Notes under the pieces: model-generated
Database searches by the model: none
What the model saw: only the letters and a program-made list of their open reading frames with translations
Told to the model about the DNA's origin: nothing
Shown here: in pieces, positions 6,658-15,882 of the stretch
Layout: every line of letters starts with the position of its first letter
Position numbering within the stretch: position 1 is the first letter of the stretch
Virus record (IMG/VR): IMGVR_UViG_3300014656_000107
Span: 1 to 27,313 of that record
DNA length: 27,313 nucleotides
DNA from: a virus
Lineage: Duplodnaviria > Caudoviricetes
Direction: 5' to 3' (one strand)
Position numbers and translations under genes: made by a program

Positions 6658-7041
6658 ATGAATTACACCCCATGTAACCAGATGTTGATAGTGACTATGG
6701 AGGAAAGGGAGAAGACGGCAAGCGGGATTATATTGCCCAAGACTTCTTTAGTGGAGTGGGTATGGGGGGAGGTAGTGGGGGTGCATGACGGGGCAGTGAT
6801 ACAGAATGGTACGACTGTTCCGTGCGAGTATCGGGTTGGGGACCGGGTGATGTATCAGAAGCTCCAGGCGATGCTGTTGGAGATCACCGGTTACGATAAG
6901 TGGGTTACTAATCCGGTTACGCATGTAGAGGAAGTCCAGTGTAAGAGTCTTTACCTTATCCGTGAAGTGGCTATTGGAATGAAGGTAAAAGACCCGTTTA
7001 TAGTGAACCCTGAACTATCTGGGAAGAAACATGAAAATTGA
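6658..7041 (+). CDS. groES: GroES/Cpn10-like co-chaperonin
   Basis: EKTASGIILP mobile loop, GEVVGV..G, RVGDRVMY, LYLIRE..I; AAGGAG SD. Confidence 0.9.
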   Translation: MNYTPCNQMLIVTMEEREKTASGIILPKTSLVEWVWGEVVGVHDGAVIQNGTTVPCEYRVGDRVMYQKLQAMLLEITGYDKWVTNPVTHVEEVQCKSLYLIREVAIGMKVKDPFIVNPELSGKKHEN

Positions 7042-7276
7042 AATTAAGCCAAGTGAACTTGCGCCAATTAAAGAGAAACTTGAGGGATGGCGCAGAAAGA
7101 TAACCGAGATGGCGCTTGGAACATCGAATAAGGAAGGTTTTAGAGAGGCTACGCTTAATTTTATAACTCCCAATATGCAAAATTCACTAAAAGAATATTA
7201 TAGTCAATATGTGGCGGAGTCGATTATAAATGATTTGATAAGGACACTGGATGATGAAGAGCGGGAGATTAAATGA
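7031..7276 (+). CDS. Hypothetical protein
   Basis: Overlaps both neighbours, suggesting translational coupling. Confidence 0.65.
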   Translation: MKIEIKPSELAPIKEKLEGWRRKITEMALGTSNKEGFREATLNFITPNMQNSLKEYYSQYVAESIINDLIRTLDDEEREIK

Positions 7277-7842
7277 AAGACGAAAAACCGCAGGAGACTT
7301 TAGAGGATTTAGCCAAAGAAGTGCCGGAGATATGCCAGAGGGTAACAGGCAACACCGGCGGGGCTAATCTCAAACTGAACCGGCTCAAGAAACTGAACGT
7401 GCTGGAATGGTTGATCATGGTGGGTAAGATGAAGGGTCTGACCGATGCCGACCTTGCCCGCCAGATAGGATGTTGTAGCCGGACCGTCGGGCAATACAAA
7501 AAGAAGATAACCAAGAGTGAGTGGTATGAGAGTGTGTCGCAAGACATCTTGGGTTTATCGCCTCTTTTCGTAGAATCCCTGCGGGTGAACGCTCTAAAAG
7601 CTGATCCCTATACTACGGTGCATTACTTCGAGGGGCTGGGACATTTTACCAAGAGGCACGAGATCGAACAGAAGGTGACGGTGGACGACCAGAGAACACG
7701 GTTTGCCAAGCAGGTCAAGGGAGTGCTGGGGATAGACATAACCGAGACCATTCCCGTTGATACGCCTTATGAGGAAATTCCTGAAGATAAAGAGGACAAA
7801 AAAGACCTTGTTGGCGCCAATGATGATTTAGCGAAAGGGTAA
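7273..7842 (+). CDS. terS: Probable terminase small subunit
   Basis: HTH (TDADLARQIGCCSRTVGQYKK), acidic C-terminal tail, immediately upstream of TerL. Confidence 0.65.
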   Translation: MKDEKPQETLEDLAKEVPEICQRVTGNTGGANLKLNRLKKLNVLEWLIMVGKMKGLTDADLARQIGCCSRTVGQYKKKITKSEWYESVSQDILGLSPLFVESLRVNALKADPYTTVHYFEGLGHFTKRHEIEQKVTVDDQRTRFAKQVKGVLGIDITETIPVDTPYEEIPEDKEDKKDLVGANDDLAKG

Positions 7843-7884
7843 AAGTGTTATTTTTTGATCCACATGCATTTGGAGTAATGTGAC

Positions 7885-9360
7885 ATGGCTGTCGGGGGGC
7901 AGATTAGGGAACAGTTGGTAGAGGAGGGGAAGGGGGGCAACCTCCTCCTTGATCTCGAAAAACAAACGGGGAAAACCGTATATGAACTATTCGCCGCACT
8001 TTACTTATCCGAACACCTTACAAACATCCAACCGGATGGAACCAGAACCCTCTGCAAGAATGCCACAATGCACGGGGAAATGTGCAAGTTATACCGGAAC
8101 GAGAACCGTGTCCTTGTGGTTGCTCCTGCTAAATTCGCCAAATCCACCTGGACTTCCTTTGTTCAACCTCTTGCCGACATGGTGCTTGGTTTAGTCGAAG
8201 GGGATATGTTAGAGATTTCCAATACCGGCAGACTTGCCGAGCATTGGATAAGTCTAATCAAGTCTGAAATCGAATACAATAAAGACATAATTCACGACTT
8301 TGGGGATATGAAGGGGGATACGTGGCGACAGGATTTTATCAAAGCCAAAAATGGACGTGGCATAGTTTCACTGGGACTGAATTATCAAATTCGGGGCACC
8401 GGTTGGGGGAAAGTAATCGGGGACGATTTAGAGAACGACGATATGTGCCGGTCGGAGGAACAACGGGAGAAGTTCTCGGATTGGTTCGACGGAGCTTTAA
8501 TGGGACGGATGCATCCCCATACCATCGTAAACGTGACCGGAACTTTCCTCCATCCTCTCTGCAAGATAAAGAAAATTTACGATAACACCGACGGGCAGTA
8601 TTCCAACTGGAAACGCAAGAAGTATCAGGCGTTGGATGAGAACGGTAATTCTATATGGGAGGATCGGTGGTCAACCGAGGTTGTAAACAACCAGAGAATA
8701 GAGATGGGCGAGAAGATGTTCTTAGCCGAGAAGATGAACGCTCCGATCTTCGGGCAGGATCACATTTACCGACCGGAATGGATCAAATACTATGATACGA
8801 AACCGGAGAATTTATACATTATAACGTGGGTAGACCCATCCTCCGGCAAACTCAAAGAGGTTGGAGATTACACTGCATTGGAAGTATGGGGCAAAGATTT
8901 AGAGAAAGAGAATTATTACCTTCTGGCGTTGAATCGGGCAAGAATAGAGACGTTCTCCAAAGCCAAGATGTGTTTGGATTACAACCAAATGTTTCACCCG
9001 GTTATGAACTGCATACCAAACGATGCCTACGGAATAGAACTAAGAAATGTGATAGTCAAAGAAGCGGACGGGCGTGGGCAGTATTTCCCTCACCGGTTGG
9101 TGAAAGAGACCAAAAATAAGATAGAGCGGGCGCAGAAGGTGTCGGACTTGTGGGAAAAAGGAAAGGTGTGGTTGCCTAAGAATATTGCCAGCCGGATGGT
9201 AGATGAACTTTTAATGTTTCCCTTCGGGGATTTTGACGATACGGTGGATTGCCAATCGGGAGCATTGGAACACTTGAGACATATACGCAAGCGACCGGCG
9301 AATAGACGACAGACTTACCGGGTAGAACTCAAGCCGAACAAGGCGGGGAGACTGTGTTGA
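7885..9360 (+). CDS. terL: Terminase large subunit
   Basis: Walker A-like APAKFAKST, IRG..Walker B VIGDDLE, coupling motif VTGT, RNase H acidic residues WVDPS, GDYTA, FPFGDFDDTVD. Confidence 0.95.
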   Translation: MAVGGQIREQLVEEGKGGNLLLDLEKQTGKTVYELFAALYLSEHLTNIQPDGTRTLCKNATMHGEMCKLYRNENRVLVVAPAKFAKSTWTSFVQPLADMVLGLVEGDMLEISNTGRLAEHWISLIKSEIEYNKDIIHDFGDMKGDTWRQDFIKAKNGRGIVSLGLNYQIRGTGWGKVIGDDLENDDMCRSEEQREKFSDWFDGALMGRMHPHTIVNVTGTFLHPLCKIKKIYDNTDGQYSNWKRKKYQALDENGNSIWEDRWSTEVVNNQRIEMGEKMFLAEKMNAPIFGQDHIYRPEWIKYYDTKPENLYIITWVDPSSGKLKEVGDYTALEVWGKDLEKENYYLLALNRARIETFSKAKMCLDYNQMFHPVMNCIPNDAYGIELRNVIVKEADGRGQYFPHRLVKETKNKIERAQKVSDLWEKGKVWLPKNIASRMVDELLMFPFGDFDDTVDCQSGALEHLRHIRKRPANRRQTYRVELKPNKAGRLC

Positions 9361-9385
9361 AGTAAATAGGGGATAGGGGGGCGAT

Positions 9386-11260
9386 GTGCCAATTTCAGAT
9401 CAATATGTAAATGACGTTGATTTAGATAACGAACAGGATGAAAGTAAAATAGCCGCCAAGGTTAATTCCGAGATAAGCGGTTCACGCAACTACTGGAGCG
9501 AGTTCAAGGATTTATGCACCGAACTGTATTTCGATTTCTTGGCATACAAGGAGTCTATCCGTGATAAAACCAAATCCAATACCTTCGTCCCCCTTCCTTA
9601 CGTTGATGTCAGAACAAACAAAGCCAGAATTAAGCGGATATTTACAGCCACCCGTCCTTATGGAACTGTCAAGTCGGTTCCCTACGATCCCATGCTTTCC
9701 TTCAAGCTCTCTCATTTTGCTTCTGATGAACTCGACGCAACTAACTACAAAAGATTCTTAGACATCGCCGTTCAAGACGCACTGATATATCCGGGGGCTA
9801 TATTCCAGACTACATGGGAAAAGAAATATAAGAACCTGCCTGCTTTTGACATTATGGGTGGGATGATGGGTATGCCGCCTATCCGTATGCCGAGATTCGA
9901 CATAGAAACCGGCGAACGGGCGTTTGAGATGCAGGAGATACGGGATGGGTTCTGTTTGACCAATATCCACATACAGGATTTTTACCTACCCAAAAACTCA
10001 AAGGAAGCGGAGACCGATCCATGGGCGGCTAAAGTATTTTCGGCAAGTATAACCGATTTACAAAACGAACTCAAAATCGATGGTTCATACAAGTATTATA
10101 ATTTAGAAAGACTGGCAGGCGGTGGGACTAAACGTGGCGACTCATCGGAAATGCAAAGACAGGGTGCAGCTCTAAAGCGTGACCTGCCGTCTGTCGCTAC
10201 TTACAAGGAAAGCTACGACATAATCGAGTTCTGCACCGACAACTGGATTTATTACGTTCCCGAAGGTTCGGATTTCCTAATCGGGAAAGAAAAGAATCCT
10301 TACCGCAAGAAACCTTACCATATCGCCAGGGTGGAACTTTTGAACGGAGAGCCGTATGGTTTCTCTCCTACCCGTGCCAATCACCTGATGACTCGGACGT
10401 TCAACGAGGTAATAGATATTATCATGGATCAGGCGTACTTGGAAGACAATAAATGCTGGATAGTTAATTCCGATCTGGTGGATGATTTTGAGATAGGGGC
10501 GATACAGGGCGGGATAATCCACGTCAACGGATTAGATGGGGCAATAGATGTAGCTAACGCTATAAAACCGGTTGAAACCAGGGCTCTTGCCAGCGAACTC
10601 TTGCAATTAGTGAACCTTTTTGACACTTATCGTCAACTGGGAGCGGGAAGACCCAACTCATCGGTTGGTTTGCCTGTGCAGGGGGCTGAAACCGCTTATG
10701 AAAACGCTCAATTAGCCGAAGGTTCGACTGTAAGTATAGTGGATATGGCGGAGAATCTGGTAGAGACCATGCTTCGACCGATCTACGAAGATCTGTTTCA
10801 CCTTGCACAAATAGCGTTTACCGGTAAAAAGGATATATCCATTACCGACGAACAGGGTGAAATCAAGCAAATCCTGACTATCTATCCGCAGGAAGTCTAC
10901 GGAGACCATAATTACGAGTTCGATTTCCTTGCCCGTTATAAAAATCAGATCGAGGAGAGGGCGGCTTATGCCAATTTGCTTCAAGTTTGGGGTAATGTGG
11001 CGAATGTGGACGAGGTTTCGGCGCTATTGATGCGAAACCTACTGATAAATTCGGGGATTCCGGACATGGAGGCGGTAGACAAGGCGTTGGCGGCGGCTAT
11101 TCAGCAGAGAAGAATGATGGAGATGCTCATGTTACAAGCGAAGATGGGTATGGGACAAAATGAACAGGGTAATTCACCCAAAACAGGTCAGGAATCGGTG
11201 CATGATGCCAGTTCCAATACAGCAAATCGAAATAACTCTATGAAACCGGCAGGAGCTTAA
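9386..11260 (+). CDS. Portal protein (podovirus-like, large)
   Basis: 624 aa after TerL; KSNTFVP, IQDFY.P, PYGFSP and AETAYE..QL segments typical of this portal class. Confidence 0.88.
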   Translation: MPISDQYVNDVDLDNEQDESKIAAKVNSEISGSRNYWSEFKDLCTELYFDFLAYKESIRDKTKSNTFVPLPYVDVRTNKARIKRIFTATRPYGTVKSVPYDPMLSFKLSHFASDELDATNYKRFLDIAVQDALIYPGAIFQTTWEKKYKNLPAFDIMGGMMGMPPIRMPRFDIETGERAFEMQEIRDGFCLTNIHIQDFYLPKNSKEAETDPWAAKVFSASITDLQNELKIDGSYKYYNLERLAGGGTKRGDSSEMQRQGAALKRDLPSVATYKESYDIIEFCTDNWIYYVPEGSDFLIGKEKNPYRKKPYHIARVELLNGEPYGFSPTRANHLMTRTFNEVIDIIMDQAYLEDNKCWIVNSDLVDDFEIGAIQGGIIHVNGLDGAIDVANAIKPVETRALASELLQLVNLFDTYRQLGAGRPNSSVGLPVQGAETAYENAQLAEGSTVSIVDMAENLVETMLRPIYEDLFHLAQIAFTGKKDISITDEQGEIKQILTIYPQEVYGDHNYEFDFLARYKNQIEERAAYANLLQVWGNVANVDEVSALLMRNLLINSGIPDMEAVDKALAAAIQQRRMMEMLMLQAKMGMGQNEQGNSPKTGQESVHDASSNTANRNNSMKPAGA

Positions 11261-11261
11261 T

Positions 11262-11606
11262 ATGCCGGTTTTCAATCAGGCTGAAGCGTTAAACGAACTT
11301 GCCAAGAAACGCAAGAAAGATCAGGTTGCCAAGTTTGAGAAAGTAGTCTTGGCGGAATCCGATGCCCAACAAATAATGTTGTGGGCGGAAGAACCCATAA
11401 CTAAAATAGTGCGGGAAAACTTCAAATTTGCGGAGAAAAAGATACTAAAAGAACTAAAAAGTAACAAATGGACTGAAGCCGAAGGGAGGGGATTGTGTTA
11501 TGCTTTAGAATATATGGGAATTTTAGAAGAGATAATCGGGTCTGCACAGAAGTTGTTTTCCAAGACACAGACCTATAAACAGAAGTTAAACGAAAGAGAG
11601 GTTTAA
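11262..11606 (+). CDS. Small head-associated protein between portal and scaffold
   Basis: Helical 114 aa in a syntenic slot common to podovirus-like head modules. Confidence 0.65.
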   Translation: MPVFNQAEALNELAKKRKKDQVAKFEKVVLAESDAQQIMLWAEEPITKIVRENFKFAEKKILKELKSNKWTEAEGRGLCYALEYMGILEEIIGSAQKLFSKTQTYKQKLNEREV

Positions 11607-12425
11607 ATGCCAGAACTGAATCAGAAACCGGCTCCTGTGACCGAGGTACTCTCCGTTACCACCCGTGAAGTTACGGAAGGTGATGTGACATCTCCCAAAC
11701 AGGAACTCCCGTCAACTGAGCCAGGGACACAGGTTGAGGAGACTCAATCAGAAACCGTAGAAACGCAGCCAGAAAAAACAGTTGACGAATCAGGACAACC
11801 AACGGGTGATCGGGTAAGAGATGCCCAGCGTGCTTTCCATGAGAAAGCTCAAGAGAATGCGACATTGCGCAAGGCTTTGGAGCTTATTGCTAACCAGCAA
11901 CAAATTCCTCCACAGCAACCGCAGATACCGCAGGAGTTCTTCTCGGAAGTGCCAATAAGAGACGAAGTGATAGGTATTGACCCGGATTATCCTGCCAAGT
12001 TTGTCAGGCGGCAAAACGCCCTTCTCGATTACAGGCGGGAGCAGGTGGACATGAAACGGGAATACATGAACTTCGTGGACACTCACCCGGACTTGCCGGA
12101 GATGTTCCCGGTAATGCAGAAACTTCGCAATTTAGACCCGGACGCATATCAGGGAACTAATGCTTTGAGGCGACTTTACCGCCATGCCAGAGATCAACAG
12201 GAACTTGAAGGCTACCGGGAGAGAATGAAAAGCAACGTGAACGAGGCGCAGGTGCGGGGGGCACAGCAGGAACGAACCAAACCGGGGAACGTGTTTGTCA
12301 AACCTGCGGGTGGGAATAGATTGCCAGCAAGCAATCAGCCACCAAAGGATTATGTTAACTGGGACACCGGAAAACAATTACAATGGTTGCGGGAACACGG
12401 TTTTGTTAAAGACAGTGATTATTAA
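11607..12425 (+). CDS. Capsid scaffolding protein
   Basis: Acidic/Pro disordered N-terminus, RDAQRAFHEKAQE coiled coil, directly before MCP. Confidence 0.8.
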   Translation: MPELNQKPAPVTEVLSVTTREVTEGDVTSPKQELPSTEPGTQVEETQSETVETQPEKTVDESGQPTGDRVRDAQRAFHEKAQENATLRKALELIANQQQIPPQQPQIPQEFFSEVPIRDEVIGIDPDYPAKFVRRQNALLDYRREQVDMKREYMNFVDTHPDLPEMFPVMQKLRNLDPDAYQGTNALRRLYRHARDQQELEGYRERMKSNVNEAQVRGAQQERTKPGNVFVKPAGGNRLPASNQPPKDYVNWDTGKQLQWLREHGFVKDSDY

Positions 12426-12460
12426 CTAAAACCGTTTATTAGTAAAAGGGGGATTTTAAA

Positions 12461-13825
12461 ATGGCTGTTCAAACTACTGGTGGTTACGGTACTTATGGAA
12501 CCAGTGCCGGAGCCATAGGTCCGCAATATACCTATGTATTGAAAAAGGCGTTGGAGATTGCCAAATATGAGATGCCTTTACATACATTCGCTCAAAAGAA
12601 ACTAATACCGCTTAATTCGGGGAAGATAGCTCAATTTACCAGATTGATGCATCTTCTGCCGGTAACATCGGCTGCAACCGAAGGGGCTGCCGTTACTACT
12701 ATAAATCCGTACGCACAGGATTTTAGTGTAACAGTCAAAGAGTGGGAAAATGCAATCGCTGTTTCCACTTTACTGGATGATACCTTCATCACTCCAGCAT
12801 TGGAAGCATACATTGAGATTCTTGGAATCAATATGGGTGAGTCCATGAACCTGGAGTTACAGAAAACATTGTGGGGTGAAGATAACGACGAAGCAACTCT
12901 TACCTATGAAAGCGAAGTCGGTTGCATGGGGCTTGCTGGTTCTGCGACTGCCGCTACATTGGGGTATTTAAACAGGTATGCGGCTGCTACCACGTCGGGT
13001 TCGACCACGACTTTTCTGGATAATACGCTGAATGACACCACTAACCTGCCAGGTTATTACAATGACACATACATCGGTGGAAGCATCGTATTTACCAACC
13101 CTGCCAGCCAGAACTACGGCAGAGGCAGATTGATTTCCGATTATGCTTCTGCAACTGGAACGATCACCTGGATAAAGGCGGTGCCACAGGTTACACAGGC
13201 ATCTGCCGCCGCCAGCACTCCTTTATCGGCTGATTATCAAGACACCGCTCATGTATGCGCTTTGTCCCGTGATGGGGATTTAAGTCTTAACCTGACGCAG
13301 GGAACCGATATTATGACGGCATCTTTAATCCGACGGTCAGTAGCCATGTTGCGGAAAAACGGGGCGAGACCGATAAGTGGTGCGGATTATGTGGCGATTT
13401 TAGGACCGGAAAGTTTTCACTCTATTGGTTCGGGAACTTCGACCGGAGATTTCATCGACATTTCCAAATACGACCGGTCTCAAATGTTGACCGAGAAAGA
13501 GGTCGGAAGAATAGCGGGATGTCGAATCATCTTTGAATCGAAACCGTATCGGTTGGGGATTACATCGGAGTTCGATTACAGCGCTACGGGAGGGTTGCAT
13601 GTTAGCTTTGTCTTGGGACGTGATTGTCTGGGGGCTTGCGGATTACAGGGGCAGAACGCTCTTGGTGAATCCGATACTCAGGTAATCATCAAGCGACCTG
13701 GACCGCAGACTACGAGTGATCCATCCAATAAGTTCTGCACAGCTGCGTGGAAAACAAATTTTGCCCGGTTGTCGCTAAACGCTTGTTGGGGAGTAGGGAT
13801 AGTTACATATCCGTTAGCTCTATAA
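12461..13825 (+). CDS. Major capsid protein, N4-gp56-like HK97 fold with internal insertion
   Basis: FAQKKLIPLNSGKIAQFTR, TEG, YVAILGP, EVGRIAGCRII, IIKRPG..TSDPSN...AWK match the N4-gp56 MCP pattern. Confidence 0.92.
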   Translation: MAVQTTGGYGTYGTSAGAIGPQYTYVLKKALEIAKYEMPLHTFAQKKLIPLNSGKIAQFTRLMHLLPVTSAATEGAAVTTINPYAQDFSVTVKEWENAIAVSTLLDDTFITPALEAYIEILGINMGESMNLELQKTLWGEDNDEATLTYESEVGCMGLAGSATAATLGYLNRYAAATTSGSTTTFLDNTLNDTTNLPGYYNDTYIGGSIVFTNPASQNYGRGRLISDYASATGTITWIKAVPQVTQASAAASTPLSADYQDTAHVCALSRDGDLSLNLTQGTDIMTASLIRRSVAMLRKNGARPISGADYVAILGPESFHSIGSGTSTGDFIDISKYDRSQMLTEKEVGRIAGCRIIFESKPYRLGITSEFDYSATGGLHVSFVLGRDCLGACGLQGQNALGESDTQVIIKRPGPQTTSDPSNKFCTAAWKTNFARLSLNACWGVGIVTYPLAL

Positions 13826-13835
13826 CCTTTAACCT

Positions 13836-13865
13836 TATGGGGGGCGGTTAATCCCGCCTCCCATA
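13836..13865 (+). terminator. Strong hairpin after MCP (attenuator/terminator-like, no U-tract)
   Basis: TATGGGGGGCGG-ttaatc-CCGCCTCCCATA 12-bp stem with one G-U. Confidence 0.6.
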
Positions 13866-13869
13866 CCTT

Positions 13870-14865
13870 ATGAACAAACCTAAAGTAGTCATAGTTAGTT
13901 TAGCGGATTGGGCAGGAAGCGGACATAACGTCTGCCGTGCCATAAATTCTGTGGGTGAGTTTGAGTGTCGGCACATCACGACTTACGATCATGCCTATGA
14001 ATTTCCGAGGGACATTTTGGTCAGACTTTCGGTTTATGATAAGACTACCCAGCCGGAGGATTTAGTAAAGGATGCAGTCAATAGTCCTTCGTATGGGGAG
14101 GTTTCGCAACTTATATCTGAGGCGGATATAATTCATTTATGGAACACTTTCCCTGGTGAAAAATCGTTGATGTCTGTTGGTTTTCCGATAGACTGGAGAA
14201 AAGTAAAAGTTGTTACCATGACCGGAAGTATGTACCGGGATCATCACACTGCAATCAATAAGATTTTGAAGGAATGGAATAACTTGAAAGTGACCGTTCA
14301 GGATGCTCTGTTTAATTTTAACCATGAGATACCTTCGGTTTTTATTCCCCATGCGATAGATGTTGACTTTTTTAAACCAGTCGAGGAAAGGGATAAATCT
14401 ATCGGTTCGTACAGAACTACATACAAATCCAATGTAAGATTTGCCGATAAGGACATAGCCAAGTTATCTGTTATCCTTCGCAAATATCCTGATTGGAAAA
14501 TTGAATTGAATTATAGTATGTCGTGGAAAGAACGGATAGAGAAACTCAGCCATTGTTCGATTTTTATACAAGATATAAGTCCATATATAGGTATCTGGGG
14601 CAGATCAACTTTGGAAGCGTGTGTGCTGGAAGTCCCATCTATGGAAAATTATTCCCAACAGGTATTATTGAACCATGAGAATATACTGGGCAAACCACCT
14701 ATTATTAAAATTGACGAAGATACTTTTGAAACCAAATTAGTCGAACTGATGGAGAGCGAAACTTACCGGAAAGATGTGGGGAAAAAGTCGAGGGAATGGG
14801 TAAGGGAACACTTTTCGTATCCGGTGATAGGTAAAATGTACTCGGATGTTTACGGGAGTTTATGA
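13870..14865 (+). CDS. GT-B fold glycosyltransferase (GT4-like)
   Basis: ADIIHL, IPHAID..FFKP, WGRSTLEA...EVP, YRKDVGKKSREWVREHFS. Confidence 0.85.
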   Translation: MNKPKVVIVSLADWAGSGHNVCRAINSVGEFECRHITTYDHAYEFPRDILVRLSVYDKTTQPEDLVKDAVNSPSYGEVSQLISEADIIHLWNTFPGEKSLMSVGFPIDWRKVKVVTMTGSMYRDHHTAINKILKEWNNLKVTVQDALFNFNHEIPSVFIPHAIDVDFFKPVEERDKSIGSYRTTYKSNVRFADKDIAKLSVILRKYPDWKIELNYSMSWKERIEKLSHCSIFIQDISPYIGIWGRSTLEACVLEVPSMENYSQQVLLNHENILGKPPIIKIDEDTFETKLVELMESETYRKDVGKKSREWVREHFSYPVIGKMYSDVYGSL

Positions 14866-15572
14866 AATTTCAGGATGCCAGAATTTTAATCGGAGTATTG
14901 GATTATCCCTTCATCGAAAGCGAGTGCGTCATGTCCATCCTCGGAATGTGGGAATACTCCAAATGGAAATGCCCAGGCGAACATTATCCCCGCAACGACG
15001 TGGAGCTGTTTCTGTCCAACGGGACTTCACCGGCACGGGCGCACAACACGGCAATTAGCGTGTTTTTAAACCATTCCAACCGGTATATGTATCTTCTGAT
15101 AGTGGGGCATGACCATATTTTTCACCCAGACGCACTACGAGTTTTGTTTGAAGCGGACAAGGATATAGTGGCGGGGATAAGCACGATACGGTTAAAATCG
15201 TTTGAGGATATAAAAACTCCGGTATTCAGCATAGTCTCGGACTGGAAGGATGGTCGGGTTGTTACCCTGACCAAACAGGACTGTATGAAGAAAATAGAAA
15301 ACGAAAAAGGTCAGCCCTTCAAAGTACCGGGGATAGGCGACGGTTTAATGCTGGTTAAAAGAAAAGTGTTTGAACGGATGGAGCCACCATGGTTTCAGGA
15401 GCCGCCTTTGCCGGAGGAGGAAATGGTTGCGGGAAGATTTAGGGGGCTTTTGGGTTGTGATATTGCCTTTTGTCGGCAAGCCAGAGAATTGGGATTTGAA
15501 CTCTGGGCACACCCTGGAGTGCCATATATTCACATAGGACGTAGTTATACGTCCGTTAATTATCCGATATAA
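14862..15572 (+). CDS. GT-A fold glycosyltransferase-like protein (GT2-like)
   Basis: ARAHN, YLLIVGHDHIFHPDAL, DKDIVAG, GLMLVKRKVFE, GCDIAFC..A...G. Confidence 0.85.
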   Translation: MKFQDARILIGVLDYPFIESECVMSILGMWEYSKWKCPGEHYPRNDVELFLSNGTSPARAHNTAISVFLNHSNRYMYLLIVGHDHIFHPDALRVLFEADKDIVAGISTIRLKSFEDIKTPVFSIVSDWKDGRVVTLTKQDCMKKIENEKGQPFKVPGIGDGLMLVKRKVFERMEPPWFQEPPLPEEEMVAGRFRGLLGCDIAFCRQARELGFELWAHPGVPYIHIGRSYTSVNYPI

Positions 15573-15573
15573 A

Positions 15574-15882
15574 ATGCCGGTCTACATTTACAAGTGTCTC
15601 AAATGCAATCAGGATACAGAGATGTTTGTCCATGATATGAACCAACCAGTTTATTGTCCTATTTGTAGCGATGTGATGGCAAGGGTTTTTACCACCAGCA
15701 ATATGATTCTCACTAATAGACAGAAACCAAGACCATTTAAGCACGAGCCGCAGGAGTGTAATGCGGACAAGGATATTTGGCTCTCGGTGATAAAGGATGC
15801 GGAGAGAAAAAAGATAAGCAAGAAAGAGTTTAATTTTTGGAAGAAAGAGGTTCAAAAAAACGATCCAACTTTGATTTTATAA
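15574..15882 (+). CDS. FmdB-like zinc-ribbon protein
   Basis: MPVYIYKCLKC...CPIC...MARVF. Confidence 0.85.
   Translation: MPVYIYKCLKCNQDTEMFVHDMNQPVYCPICSDVMARVFTTSNMILTNRQKPRPFKHEPQECNADKDIWLSVIKDAERKKISKKEFNFWKKEVQKNDPTLIL

Noticed and set aside
13800-13830. Programmed frameshift extending the capsid protein
   Set aside because: No slippery heptamer before the stop
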